Below, piece by piece: positions 27,096 through 38,885 of a stretch of 64,000 nt of DNA. Source of the stretch: Octopus bimaculoides (lineage: Eukaryota); NCBI RefSeq assembly GCF_001194135.2, contig NC_069001.1:3514735-3578734 (forward strand), given 5' to 3'. The translations under genes and the position numbers were made by a program. Numbering within the stretch: the first letter of the stretch is position 1; every line of letters starts with the position of its first letter. The notes beneath the pieces were generated by a model, which was not told the DNA's origin, searched no databases, and was given only the letters and a program-made list of their open reading frames with translations.

Positions 27096-28333
27096 CCCTG
27101 TTGTTTGGCTGCTAATTCTAGCAGATCCAGCAACTATGTCAAGGTTCCTTTGCCAGTTTCTTAAACTGAAGCTTATACCAGTCATGATGGTGGTGGTGGT
27201 TGTGAGAGTGGCAACAGCAGCAGTAGTGGTAGCAAAGATGATAACAATGATAGTAGTGATGCTAATGATGATGATAGTGATGATGTTGGCAGTGGTATGA
27301 TGATGATGATGATGAGGTTAGTGAAAATTCGGAAAGTAAAAAAAATTGGTTAAAATTAATTTGCTATTATATAATTTATTATTGTTGATTTTTAATCATC
27401 TAATCAAAATAGCCGTAGATTAGGAATAATAAATGTATAAATTACATGCAACTTAAGAGTTCCAAACCTCCAAATCAATTTCCATCCAATTAGAGAATAA
27501 CTGTTATAAAATTAATTTGGAAATTTCTGAGAAATAATGAAAACTAGAATATTAACATTGGTAAACCTTCTGTGACACTGAATCATATTATTGGTAATAA
27601 ATGTTGGCTGCTATTGTTGTTTAGCCCCAGGCTAGTGCTGTTTAAGTGGAAGCTTCAACAAAAGCATTCTAGCTGTAGCCATCCCATTTGTTTGTATATC
27701 TAGGGCTACAATTTTAAGATGGGAGGAGTGCGATTTGATGGAATTTAGCTGTTGTTTCTTCAGGTTAAGTGACCACATTGAGCAACCCTTTTTCGGTTCA
27801 AGATGCTGGCTGTTATTTAGTAGTGTTGTAGTGGTAGATGTAGTAATAGTGTTTGTTGTTTGATCCCAGGTCAACTGTAACTGAGCAAACCTGTAATCAA
27901 ATACATTCCAGCCGTCATCACTACATTTTGGTCATTTTTCTTTCAGGCATGATATGACTATTATTTTTAGCAGGTGAATCAATCATGAAGAGAGATTCCA
28001 TTGTTATTCAATTCCATTATGGGAACATGATATGAAGCTACCAACAAACAGCCAATATGAGAGCCTTTATGCATTCACTCAACCTGCTAGAAAAAGTAGA
28101 CAGATCTTCTCAACTCAGACCCTACTGAAAAAAATAGATAGGATCATCATCATAGCAGGATTATTAGCTTGCTTATCAGTTCTGATTTAGATTAAAACAA
28201 CAGCAACCAATTTATAGTGCTAAATAATCCAGCATGCATCATCCATTCTTGATACATGTTCACCATACAAGTCAATGAGGGAAACTGAAACCACAATATT
28301 TCAGTGGCCAGATCTTTTATCTTTTACTGTGTA

Positions 28334-28703
28334 GTTGTTTCAATCATTAGACTCAGCCATGCTAGGACACCACTTTGAAGCATTTCAGTTGAGTGAATTG
28401 ACCCCAAAACTTATAATTTTAAGGCATGATACTTATTCTATCAGTCTAGAATACAGGGACATAAACACACCAACACCAGTTGTCAAGCGGTGGTGGGGGA
28501 CAAACACAGACACAAAGACATGTACACACACACACATATATGGCAGGCTTCTTTCAGTTTCCATCTACCAAATCCACTCACAAAGCTTTGGTCAGCCTGA
28601 GGTTATAGTAGAAGACACTTGCCCAAGGTGCCATGCAGTGGGACTGAACCCAGAACCATGTGGTTGGGAAACAGACTTCTTACCACACAGCCACACCTGC
28701 ACC
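28334..28703 (-). mobile_element. Full-length SINE family A copy (tRNA-derived head, central CA microsatellite, 3' tail)
   Basis: The minus strand starts aggtgcaggtgtggctgtgtggtaag (A box) ..gggttcagtccc (B box) ..ccttgggcaagtgtcttctactata..ggatttggtagatggaaactgaaagaagcc, then a microsatellite, then ..tgattgaaacaac. It resembles the tRNA-derived octopus SINEs (OK/OR type); the exact family name is unverified. Confidence 0.9.
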
Positions 28704-29925
28704 TATGTACCCTCACTAAATTTGCCCAAATAAATAAAATATAAACGGACCCTCTAGGTTTAAGTGATGAGTATTCAGTTGTTCAATTAACTGAATGATC
28801 TACTCTTTGAATTAACATTTAAGTGACTGCGTATTCTTTAGACCTTTTCATCCATTCATCAGAACACATGTCTCTCCAGCTGGAGAAAACCTTCTCTTGA
28901 CTCCATCTGGCACCATCTAATTTGTTGCTGGCCTTTGTTTCAAGGATCTGCCTTACTCACTATGCTAAGCCTACAGGTTAATGAGGGGTCATTTTTTTAG
29001 GAACCCAGCTGGAAGTTGACTCAGAAAGAAAAGAACCAGAACAAATAGGAACAAACAGGACTGAACCCAGGACATTATGATTGTGCAGAGAACTGTTTAA
29101 TCATTTGGCTATGCAACTTGACTAATATACCTCAAATATATACAAACCAGAGTCAAAAAACTGGTGGTGGTCTGAATCAACAAAGCATTATTTAGAGAAG
29201 GAAAATTTGCTTAAGTTCAGATGTCATATAGGAGGGATGAAGTATCCTAACATATCAACCAAAACACTTCATCACAGAGTGAAAAACAGTTTTCTGTCCC
29301 CAATGAATGGCTTTCATTGAAAGATCAGGATTCTCTTCTCATCTCTCTATACAAACATATCCAATGGGGGCCCTACAAAAGGTCATAAGCACTAACCCTA
29401 ACCCTCCCTTCCTCACTAAAAGATTAAAAAACAAAGCAATAAATATGAACATCCATACCCATCAATTATGCAATGCCTCTACTACTTAGAGCTGTGAAGA
29501 GTGTACCTCAGCATGAAACCTATTATTAGAACAATTTTTTATTTATGCAGTTTTCTTTTATTTATTTGCCAAAAACAGGGGGAACATCAGCAACAATCAG
29601 TTGATTCACTGGCCAATAAACCGGCATCTTAAGATAAAGATGAATAACAAAAAAAACCCAACTTGCACGCAGTTTGTCATTTACTCTAGTGTAATCACTA
29701 TTAAATCCCCAAAAACCAAAAGAAGCCACACAAAAGGTAGATGAGCAAAACTGTACTAAAAAGGTACATTAACAGATTTTTACCTGGCTTTAGTAAAGTA
29801 AACAAAGAGGGAAATAAATGCAATAATCAAATTTTATAATTTTTTTAAGATTTTAATGAGTGTTTCAAAAATCTCTCTATCTCATATACCTTAAATCTGT
29901 TTATTTCACCAACACCACCACCCAC

Positions 29926-29965
<40 letters not shown>

Positions 29966-29966
29966 A

Positions 29967-30005
<39 letters not shown>

Positions 30006-31020
30006 GTACTGTAAATCAATTTCCCCTAACATACCTTAAATCGCTCTTTCTCCCCCCCCCCTTCTTTATTTCTCTCCCTCATTCTGATCCTGCAAACTGA
30101 AGCAATAATTTTCAACAAAAACAAAACAAAAATAAATTTTAAAACCCCTTTAATGATACTTTTATTTAATATGCACGCCAAAACTGATTTTTTAATTTAT
30201 TTTTAAAAAAAAACAAACAAATTTTTTTTAAATAAAATTTTAAAAAATAAGAATCGAGAATTTTAGAAAAACAAAAACAAAAATAAAAGGAATGGAATGC
30301 AAAAAATTGTTTAAATTTCATTGAACTCTGGGATAAAATAATTCCAAGCAATAGTGTCTGAAATCAATAGAAAACTACAAAGATTTACAAGTGAAAAATG
30401 ATAAAGAGCACAGCAACAGCATACTAATGATGTTAATATGACTGAGGTTGTAGTGTAGTTGTGGTGATGGTGGTAGTGGTGAGAGGGAGAGAAAGTGAAA
30501 GAGAGAAGGGGATGTGAGGATGATATAATTAGAGTCCTCTTTTGCTATATGTTAAATGAGATATATATGCATACGCATACACTCAAATACACGGACATGC
30601 TTACATGCACTCACACAAATGTGGCCATGCATGCATATTCACATATATATTTACATGCACATACATATGCACGCAAACAGATACATGTTTACACACATAT
30701 ATAGTAATGCATATTCACATGTATATATACATATATGTACACAAATCCATACACACATTACAGAGAAACATGCACACATACAAACATATATTCTTTTATT
30801 TGTTTCAGTCATTTGACTGTGGCCATGCTGGAGTACTACCGTTAATCAAACAAATTTACCCCAGGTCTTATTCTTTGTAAGCCTGGTACTTATTCTATTG
30901 GTCTCTTTTGTCAAACCGCTAAGCTATGGGGACATAAACACACCAACATCAGTTGTCAAGTGATGGTGAGGGGACAAACAGACACACAAACATGTATGTA
31001 TATATATATAAATATATATA

Positions 31021-31183
31021 TGGGAGAATATACAAATAATAACAACAGACGAGGACAGGTGGTGTAAATAACAAAAGTATATATTAGTATGACGCTCGGG
31101 AATACGGAAAGTCTTTGACGTTTCGAGCTACGCTCTTCAACAGAAAGAATACGGAGACAAGGAGAAAAACACGGAGAAAAAAA
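31021..31183 (-). mobile_element. Young Penelope-like (PLE) terminal fragment inserted in a (TA)n tract inside a SINE
   Basis: Unusually CpG-rich for this window (gacgagg, gacgctcggg, tacgg, gacgtttcgagctacgc, acacgg). It carries a minimal hammerhead motif of the kind found in PLE pseudo-LTRs and abuts (TA)n. No RT or GIY-YIG coding sequence is present, so the family call is inferred. Confidence 0.6.
31112..31148 (-). ncRNA. Minimal type I hammerhead ribozyme-like motif with variant core (CUGUUGA)
   Basis: The minus-strand RNA reads UCUUU CUGUUGA A GAGC GUA GCUC GAAAC GUC AAAGA. Stem I is UCUUU/AAAGA, stem II is GAGC/GCUC, stem III is minimal with the palindrome ACGU, and GUC is the cleavage triplet. 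Confidence 0.7.
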
Positions 31184-31358
31184 ATTGCCATAACTAAGAG
31201 TGTAAATCTACTATTAGCATTATAATGCTGCTAGAATTGAAATAGAGACATATTTGAACTTGGCCAGAAAGCTATCTGTCTATCTACTTCTCTATCTGCT
31301 CAGCTATAGCTTTCAAATGCAATTTGGGTATCATATTTTATAACAAAGGGTTTCTATA
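31184..31358 (+). repeat. 175-bp exact direct repeat, copy 1
   Basis: attgccataactaagagtg...acaaagggtttctata is identical by eye to 32522..32696. Confidence 0.95.
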
Positions 31359-31545
31359 TATATATATGATGGGCTTCTTTTAGTTTCCGTCTACCAAATC
31401 CACTCACAAGGCTTTGATCAGCCTGAGGCTATAATAGAAAACACATGCCCAAGGAGACATGCAGTAAGACTGAACCAGGAACCATATGGTTGGGAAGCAA
31501 GCTTCTTACCACACAGCCACACCTATGTATATATAATCTTAAGTA

Positions 31546-31602
<57 letters not shown>

Positions 31603-32521
31603 AAAGCAGTTGAAGACAGAAGCAATGTCATCACAAAGATGACAACAAATACATGTGAAGTACAAGGATAAGATTATAAATATCTGCCAACATGTAACAT
31701 TGGTTTCAAATTTTGATATAATGCCAGGATTACATTCAAAGTAGACATGTTTGTCTTTTGTGAGCAGATAATTCAGCGTTCAACTGGTACTTATTTTATC
31801 GACCCCCATAAAGATGAAAGGCAAAGATATCTACATATCTACCTGAATATCTATCCATCAAGATGTCTATGTCTGTCTGTTCGTTTCTATCTGCCCAAGT
31901 TTATCCGAGTTTATCTGAGTCTATATTCTTACTATAATAGATTAGGCCAACATCTAATGACTAGCTGTAAGAGTAAGGAACAACAGATCACAGTAAAAGT
32001 AAGCTATTTGTAAAGGTAAATAATTGAAGATTAAAAGTGGGGCTTCCAAAGCAGGGCCCAAGAAGTGGGAACCTAGAAAGAGAAATCAAAAACAAGGCTT
32101 AAAAGCATAAAGGCAAGTACTTACAGTGGGGCTTAAAGATAGGGCTCAAAATTAGGTTCTAAAGCAAAAGAAATTCCTTCAGATTATGAAAATAGCAAAC
32201 GACTATGGCTACATGATGAATAAAATAGAGACAAACTGTTGGAATAACAAGTCAAATTGGTAGAGAATAACTACAAAGCAACAGATACTGTGCATAATGA
32301 TTACAGCAATAAATTATAACAGAACTATAATTTACCTAACATAAACAGTGTTCAGTAAATTAACAAGGAAACCCATATATAAAAACACCCAAATGGTGTT
32401 TATGTTATAAAGATTATAATTATGTCTTGCGTTAAGAAAAGATTCATTAGTAGAAATAGCAGAAGAAATCGGACATGATATAACTGCCTGCTGGAAAGAC
32501 ATATTCTTCACACAATCAGAC

Positions 32522-32696
32522 ATTGCCATAACTAAGAGTGTAAATCTACTATTAGCATTATAATGCTGCTAGAATTGAAATAGAGACATATTTGAACTTG
32601 GCCAGAAAGCTATCTGTCTATCTACTTCTCTATCTGCTCAGCTATAGCTTTCAAATGCAATTTGGGTATCATATTTTATAACAAAGGGTTTCTATA
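32522..32696 (+). repeat. 175-bp exact direct repeat, copy 2
   Basis: Identical to 31184..31358. Confidence 0.95.
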
Positions 32697-32793
32697 AATA
32701 TTCTTGAATTTTTTCAACTTATGAGTAGATGGCAGAATTGATAAAGTGGAGAAGATATTTCATAGAATTTTGGGTATGTCCTGTTACATTCTA

Positions 32794-32972
32794 TTTAAAG
32801 TTATCTCTGGAGATGTTCTTTAGAAATTAATGCCAACACTGATTTGTCAAGACATTTCATTTATGAATACGTCTATTTAAACAATGCAACTGAAGCTAGA
32901 AAAATAGGTAATGTCATAACAAATCAATGCTGGCTCTAACTTCTATAGAATATCTGTAGAGATAACTTTAAA
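32794..32972. repeat. Fold-back inverted repeat (about 70-bp arms, about 38-nt spacer), MITE-like hairpin
   Basis: Left arm tttaaagttatctctggagatgttctttagaaattaatgccaacactgatttgtcaagacatt; reverse complement of the right arm tttaaagttatctctacagatattctatagaagttagagccagcattgatttgttatgacatt. Confidence 0.85.
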
Positions 32973-33039
32973 AAGTAAATTAATAGCACTGCTAACACAT
33001 GTGAGGCACTGTATTGACTTATAAAGCCTTTAATACACT

Positions 33040-33545
33040 TGGTAGTGTATTACGGTTGCATAACAAAATACAGTGTCTCTACCAGCAATTTATGTGTCAC
33101 ACTCTATGTTCAAATCCCAACCAGATTGATTTTGTTTACCATCACTGAAGTTGATGAAATAAAGTATTGTATATACAGTCCTCAAGAGGTGCTCCAGAAT
33201 GATACAGTCCAATGGCTGGAACTAGTACAAGAATAAAATAATGTGTGTGTGTGCATCCAGAAAAATAGCCATGGCCTGACCAAGTGGTTAAGAAGTCTGC
33301 TTCTCAATCACAAGGTTGTATGTTCGTATGTTCAATCCTATTCTCTGGGGTTGATCCATGCTTTGAAAGTGAAATTGGTACCTGTAATTTAACAATCCAG
33401 CTTTGTCATACACAGCATTACACTGATTCTACTTGAAGATTATGTTAAGAGTAGGAATGTCTGTGGAATACTCAATCTTTTGTGAGCAGATAATCCACTT
33501 GATCTAGCAACTGGTACACTCATTGTGGAAACTGACAGAGATCCA
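33040..33545 (+). mobile_element. Degenerate SINE family B copy followed by another tRNA-headed SINE-like fragment
   Basis: atgttcaaatcccaacc..gaggtgctccagaatg..aatggctggaac; then ggcctgaccaagtggttaag..gttcaatcc. Confidence 0.55.
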
Positions 33546-33939
33546 TTTACTATTTCTGAGTGGGATATTTTTCATTTTAAGGATGAAGAGTGTTGAAAAA
33601 AAGTTGCAGTAAGACAGAGAGAGGGTTTAGTTTCGGGTTGAAGTATGGTGTTGGGAATTTATTTCTGCAGGAGGTGAAGGAAGAGGCAGATAGTGAACAA
33701 TATAGTAATTGGATAGATCAAGACTGAAGGAGATAGAGAGAGAGTGAGAAGCAGAAAGAGAAAAAGTAAGTAAAAACAATTAGACTAGAGGTCAGAGGAG
33801 GAACAGACATACAAAGAGAAAGAGTATGAGAGAGAGGGAGTTGACAGTGAAGATAAGAAATCATGAATGATTGTCAAGTATAAAGTGAGAAGGATTTGTG
33901 TGTGTGATTACTCACAAATACACACACACACGTCCATAA

Positions 33940-36110
33940 TATATTTATTCAGGTCTGTAAATGTAAGTCCTACTGCAAAGTGTTTGTCCAAACACAGCCA
34001 TGGCTGCAAGAGGTTCTTTACATCCGGAAGCTTTATTCAATTGAATAACCGAGCTTCTTTCATCAAACTGGTAACCATGTTAAATTGCACTGATCACCTG
34101 ACCATTGGATTGAGTCACATGATATACCAAGTATGTAAATCATGTGAAGCATGCAATGCTGCTGCACAAATGTTATATTCTTTTCCCATTTGTTTTATAT
34201 ACTGCATTCACACTAAGGACTATATTTGATCATTAGCGTACCTTTGTTTATTCCTGTAAATCTATATAAGCTTTACCACAGCATAGGTGATTACTGGTCA
34301 AGTTTGCTGACTTGCAGCACTTTGATACTTTCATCAATACTCTCATCGCTTGATTAAATCTGTAAGCTAAATTCGAGTTCTAGCCTTCAATAAGGATCCA
34401 TATATTATAAGGGCCTCTTGCACTTTCTCAAGGTTTGATATCAGATATGATCACATGACTGCTTTTAACCCATCAACATGATACATAATCAAATCAATCT
34501 AACCTTTCTCTTATTCACTACAAACTGAATCAAATTAGAATTTGGCTGGTATTTTTCTGGTTGTCAATTTTTCAAGAGAACACACTCACCCACTCAATAT
34601 CCAAGTACTTAGTATTTTGATCAGGAAAATATTTCATATTAGATTTTGCTCTATTGTCTTTACCTCTATTATCTATTACCTTTTTCTTTTCTTTGTTTTG
34701 TTTTGTTTTTTTCCTGCTACAGGAATTTCAAAATGTGGAAGTTCTGTAAGAGGCAATTTCACAGTCAAAGAAATTGTTATTTTTGTTGATAAACGAACAA
34801 TGAAGACTTCCAAGTTTCTTCCTTCCACTGTCTGTCTTTTGAATTGGTGACTTCATTACTTTGCAATGGTTCTACCAAACTTTTCTACTGAGTAATTGCT
34901 TGGAGATGTAATTTTTGGAAGTGAAATTCTTCAATGTTTTATACTTCAGTATTCTAAATATACTTCACAGTTTATAAAGTGTAGACCACTATCACAAATG
35001 ATACTTTTTAGAATTCCCCACAATGTGAAAAGCAATTCTATACAACTGATCCAATTATGAGTTCCAGTTGGTTTCATGACAAATATCTCTTGCCAGCATG
35101 ACATGCTACATTTAGAATAACTGTGATTTTCTGATGGGTGGCAGACTTTTGAAATCCACATGCAGTCTCTCCCATATATTTGGAATTATAGATATCATTA
35201 AGGATTTTAACAGCTCAGACAGTTCAAGTGATACACATATCAAACAATTTTTACTTTATCTTTGTCAATACTAGCCCAGCACACTTTACTTCTTGGAAGT
35301 TGCTTTTTTAAACCTGACATTCCTGGGCAATATCTAATACTTTTGTTCTTAACACAAAAGGAATGATGATTCGATTTCTTTGAAGAATGATATCTGATTT
35401 CTCTATAAGCTCTTGTTTTATAGGCAAATAAATACTAGTAGCTGGATTTTTTCCATTCACCAGTTCACAGTACTTCTATTGCTTGGATAGTTGAGTTTTC
35501 CTTTCAAAGTTTTAGTAAGATAGATAAAGTTACTATAGCTTTAGAAATTACATTTGCAATATGTTAGATTCTGGGTGCTCTTTATTAACTGAAGTTAGTA
35601 TCACAGGACATCAATCTAAGTTTTCAGCAAAGTATTCTTGACAAAGGCTTTGCCTTTATATCAAATAGTTGTTGATGGTCACTAAAAATGTCGAATGGTC
35701 TTCCATACAGATATATGCGGAATTTTCACATATCCATACCACAAAAGGTCTTCTTTTTCAGTTTTATAACACCAGTGTTTGATTTTTGAAAGTACTTTGG
35801 AAGCATAGGAAATAACATGATATTCACCTCCTGGAATCATGCACTGATATGGTGTCCAACTCAACAGAACTGGTATTAAAGTGTGATAATATTATAGATG
35901 TTATGCAGTGATTTTAATTCCTGAAATTTTTCAACTTGTTTATTACTCCAATGATTTCCCACCCACCCCAATATAATCTGCTGAAAGAAATAAATGTTAT
36001 ATGATGCATTGATGGATCTAATCCTACTTGATGATAGCCGGTATTAAGATCCAGTTTTAAAAGGAAGCATGATCCATTTAAATTTTCCAATACCTCATCA
36101 ATGGTAAGTA
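33940..36110 (-). mobile_element. Decayed Ty3/Gypsy LTR retrotransposon pol fragment (RT - RNase H - integrase), no LTRs or gag seen
   Basis: RT start LTIDEVLENLNGSCFLLKLDLNTGYHQVGLDPSMHHITF (35914..36110); RNase H NTSSVELDTI and YHVISYASKVLS..EKE (35682..35890); integrase core ELLFTLWGILKSIICDSGLHFIN (34946..35161); downstream KDNRAKSNMKYFPD-like segment. The domain order RT-RH-IN fits Ty3/Gypsy. There are many stops and frameshifts, and the lower boundary is approximate. Confidence 0.85.
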
Positions 36111-36149
36111 GTGAATATTGCATCTTTTAGAAATACAATTTATTCACAA

Positions 36150-36560
36150 AAATTAACCATGGATTTGAAAGAAGAAATTGACAATGATGATGATGGTGGT
36201 CACTATGATAATGGTAATGACTGTGATAATGCAGAAAATACACTATTGATAAAAACTATGAAGATGAAAATGACTATGATAATGCTGACAGGAGTGCTGA
36301 CAATAATGACTATTATGATTAATGATGACTATAATGCTTCTGACACTGATACTGCTTCCAGTGATATGAAGACTACACCTATGACAATGATGATGCTTCA
36401 TTGATCAAAAGAGATGAAAAACAAAATGAAGAGGGAGCACAACAACTTTTAGCAATATTCCTCAATATGCCATAAAAGAGACACTAATGTTAACATCATC
36501 ATCATCATCACCATCACAATCATGATACTGCTACTGCTGCTCAGTTGTGATAGTTGTGAA
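36150..36560. repeat. Degenerate (GAT/GAC/AAT)n low-complexity tract
   Basis: Trinucleotide periodicity that produces spurious D/M-rich ORFs. Confidence 0.75.
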
Positions 36561-36749
36561 AGTGACAACAGGAATGGTGTATGTTGTAAGCTGTATATAA
36601 TAAGACTAAACCTAGAGCAACAATGTTTATACAATCAATATAGAACTGCTAAACTCACTGATTGCCACTTCTTTTTACAGGTCTTTACAATAAATAACAA
36701 CACAACATTGCTCTGTTTAATCTGCTCGTAATATTTTTTCTTAATTTTG

Positions 36750-36780
36750 CAGTCACTCTCTCCCCCATCTCCTCCCTCCC

Positions 36781-36824
<44 letters not shown>

Positions 36825-36895
36825 TACAAAAACACAGAATCACACATATTGATATCTTCTGCTACTACCCAACAGCAATGCCTCTCTATCTTCCT

Positions 36896-36933
<38 letters not shown>

Positions 36934-36996
36934 TACTCTCGCGCACTTTAAAATATTCCTCTACTACTACCCAATAGCAATTTCTCTCTCTTTCTC

Positions 36997-37038
<42 letters not shown>

Positions 37039-37080
37039 CTTCCTCTGCTACTACCCAACAGTAATTTCCTTATCTCTCCA
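36750..37080. repeat. Higher-order repeat: three units of (CT)n(CA)n plus a ctgctactacccaacagcaat linker
   Basis: Linker copies lie near 36858, 36958 and 37043. Confidence 0.75.
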
Positions 37081-37270
37081 AGTATCTATCTTTCTAATCT
37101 TTACAGCTATCTCTCTCTATCTAATCTTTACAACCATCTATCTATCAATCTATCTCATCTTTCCATCTATCTGTCAATGTAATCTTTATATCTGTCTAAT
37201 CTTTCCCTCTGATCTATCTATCTATCTATCTATCTATCTCTTATTCTATCTAATCTGCATATCTATCTAG

Positions 37271-37420
37271 TCTTTATATCAATCTACCTATCTAATCTTT
37301 ATATCTATCTACCTATCTAATCTTTATATCTATCTACCTATCTAGTCTTTATATCTATCTACCTATCTAGTCTTTATATCTATCTACCTATCTAATCTTT
37401 ATATCTACCTACCTATCTAA
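37271..37420. repeat. 25-bp tandem repeat x6 within an (ATCT)n tract
   Basis: Unit tctttatatctatctacctatcta(a/g). Confidence 0.9.
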
Positions 37421-37653
37421 TCTTTCTCTGTCTCTCTTCATCTATCCTATTTATCCAACTCTCTACTTAGCTATGTATCTTTTCCTGCACTCTTTTTCCT
37501 TTCCCCGTCTTCCAAAGCTGTTAATTTGATGACTGGTACAGATTCCACTCCAGTTTTTATCATAATACGGCTATCATGTCAGGGAACATTTTATTCAATA
37601 TGGCTTTGTGCTGCATTCTAACTCAATGTAAAAGAACATCATACTGAGGCTCA

Positions 37654-37691
<38 letters not shown>

Positions 37692-37858
37692 GGAAAGGAG
37701 AAATTACATTAATGAAGATGAAAAAAAAAATCCAAAGCAGTTGTACTGAAGACCCTGGCAAATGTAACACTTGATTGGATAGAAGTGAGGAAGAGGGTAT
37801 TTTTAATTGTTGCTGTAAGTCTTCATTACAAAAGGGGAAGAAAAAAAATATATTCAAC

Positions 37859-38025
37859 TACAGGTATGACTGTGTGGTGAAGAAGTTGGCTTCAAAACCA
37901 CATGGTTCTAGGTTTGAGCCCACTGCACAGCACTCCTTGGGCAAGTGTCTTCAACTACAATAGTTTCGGGTTGACCAATGCCTTGTGAGTGGAATTTGGT
38001 AAATGGAAACTGTGCAGAAGATCTA
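37859..38025 (+). mobile_element. SINE family A head
   Basis: gactgtgtggtgaagaag..ggtttgagcccactgc..ccttgggcaagtgtcttc..gccttgtgagtggaatttggtaaatggaaactg. Confidence 0.85.
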
Positions 38026-38029
38026 TGCT

Positions 38030-38245
38030 AAAGTGGCAAGCTGGCAGAATTATTACTGAGCAGGAGAAAATGCTTAGTAGCATTTCTTGTGATTTTACAC
38101 CCTGAGTTCAAATATCACTGGGGTCAACTTTGCTTTTCATCCTTTCGGGGTCAATATAATAAAATCCCAATTGAACACTAGGGCCAATGATATTGACTTA
38201 CTTCGTTCCCTGAAATTTCTGGTCTTGTGCCAAAATTTGAAACCA
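38030..38245 (+). mobile_element. Near full-length SINE family B copy
   Basis: gtggcaagctggcagaat..gagttcaaat..gggtcaactttgcttttcatcctttcggggtcaat..ggtcttgtgccaaaatttgaaacc. Confidence 0.85.
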
Positions 38246-38744
38246 TCATTGTAACTGCTGCTGCTAACACCAAACTTCTACAACCACTAATTAGATATAA
38301 CAATGTATCATATGATCTTCTAATGAGTTCTTGATATCAAAAGCTTGCATGTAACTCAACTATAGTTTGTTTTTTTTATCACATTAGCAAACTGATTCAA
38401 TATCTTTACCTACAGTTTTACATTTATAATTATGAAAGGCCTCTGTTGTAGATTTGTTTTTAGTGTGTGTGTCTGTGTGCATGTGTGCGCACGCACGCAT
38501 GCCTGTGTGTATGCATGCATGTTTAATGGGTTAGTCAGAGAAGGGAGGCAGCCTCTATGACACTTCTCCAGAGATTCTGAGACTAGTGAATGAAGTGGGG
38601 AGGCCATCTTCATATTGGAGGCCTGGCTTGAATGTTTGCAACACAGTAGACTCTACTAAAGGTACCCAAGAACTTGGTGGTGATGTAAACTGGCTGATGG
38701 ATTGAATCTACCACCCAATACAGAGAACAATCTCCTCAGTAAGC

Positions 38745-38885
38745 TTCTACATTTTCCCACTGCCAAACTTCATTCCCTAAACTTCGGTCAATCTCAGAGT
38801 GTCACAGGTACCACATAATGGAAATCAAACTTGAAACTATAAAACTGTGAAGTGAACTTTTTCACCACACAGCCATACCTGTATA
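38745..38885 (-). mobile_element. SINE family A head fragment
   Basis: ttcccactgccaaacttca..ttcaccacacagccatacctg. Confidence 0.6.

Larger units (their letters stand above)
26232..28205. mobile_element. Cluster of unclassified interspersed repeat family D fragments in both orientations (about 26232..26400 +, 26525..26700 -, 27600..27720 +, 27855..27975 +, 28060..28205 -)
   Basis: Recurrent motifs gttgttgtttagccccagg, gcattccagc, tacattatcc and ggtcactcaacctgctagaaatagc, also seen at 39500, 43490, 44162, 55120 and 63120. Confidence 0.65.
30791..31524 (-). mobile_element. Full-length SINE family A copy split by an insertion of about 330 bp in its central (TA)n
   Basis: The tail half (30791..about 31020) and head half (about 31350..31524) both align with 28334..28703. 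Confidence 0.9.

Noticed and set aside
29485-29530. Decayed hammerhead-like string ctgtgaagagtgtacctcagcatgaaacc
   Set aside because: The core lacks a base, stem II is not adjacent to GAAA and there is no NUH/stem I pairing; at most a very old PLE remnant.
36111-36404. Met/Asp-rich ORF suggestive of reflectin
   Set aside because: It lacks the reflectin (M/F)D(X)5 repeat pattern and the Tyr/Arg richness; it is explained by a degenerate (GAT)n tract.
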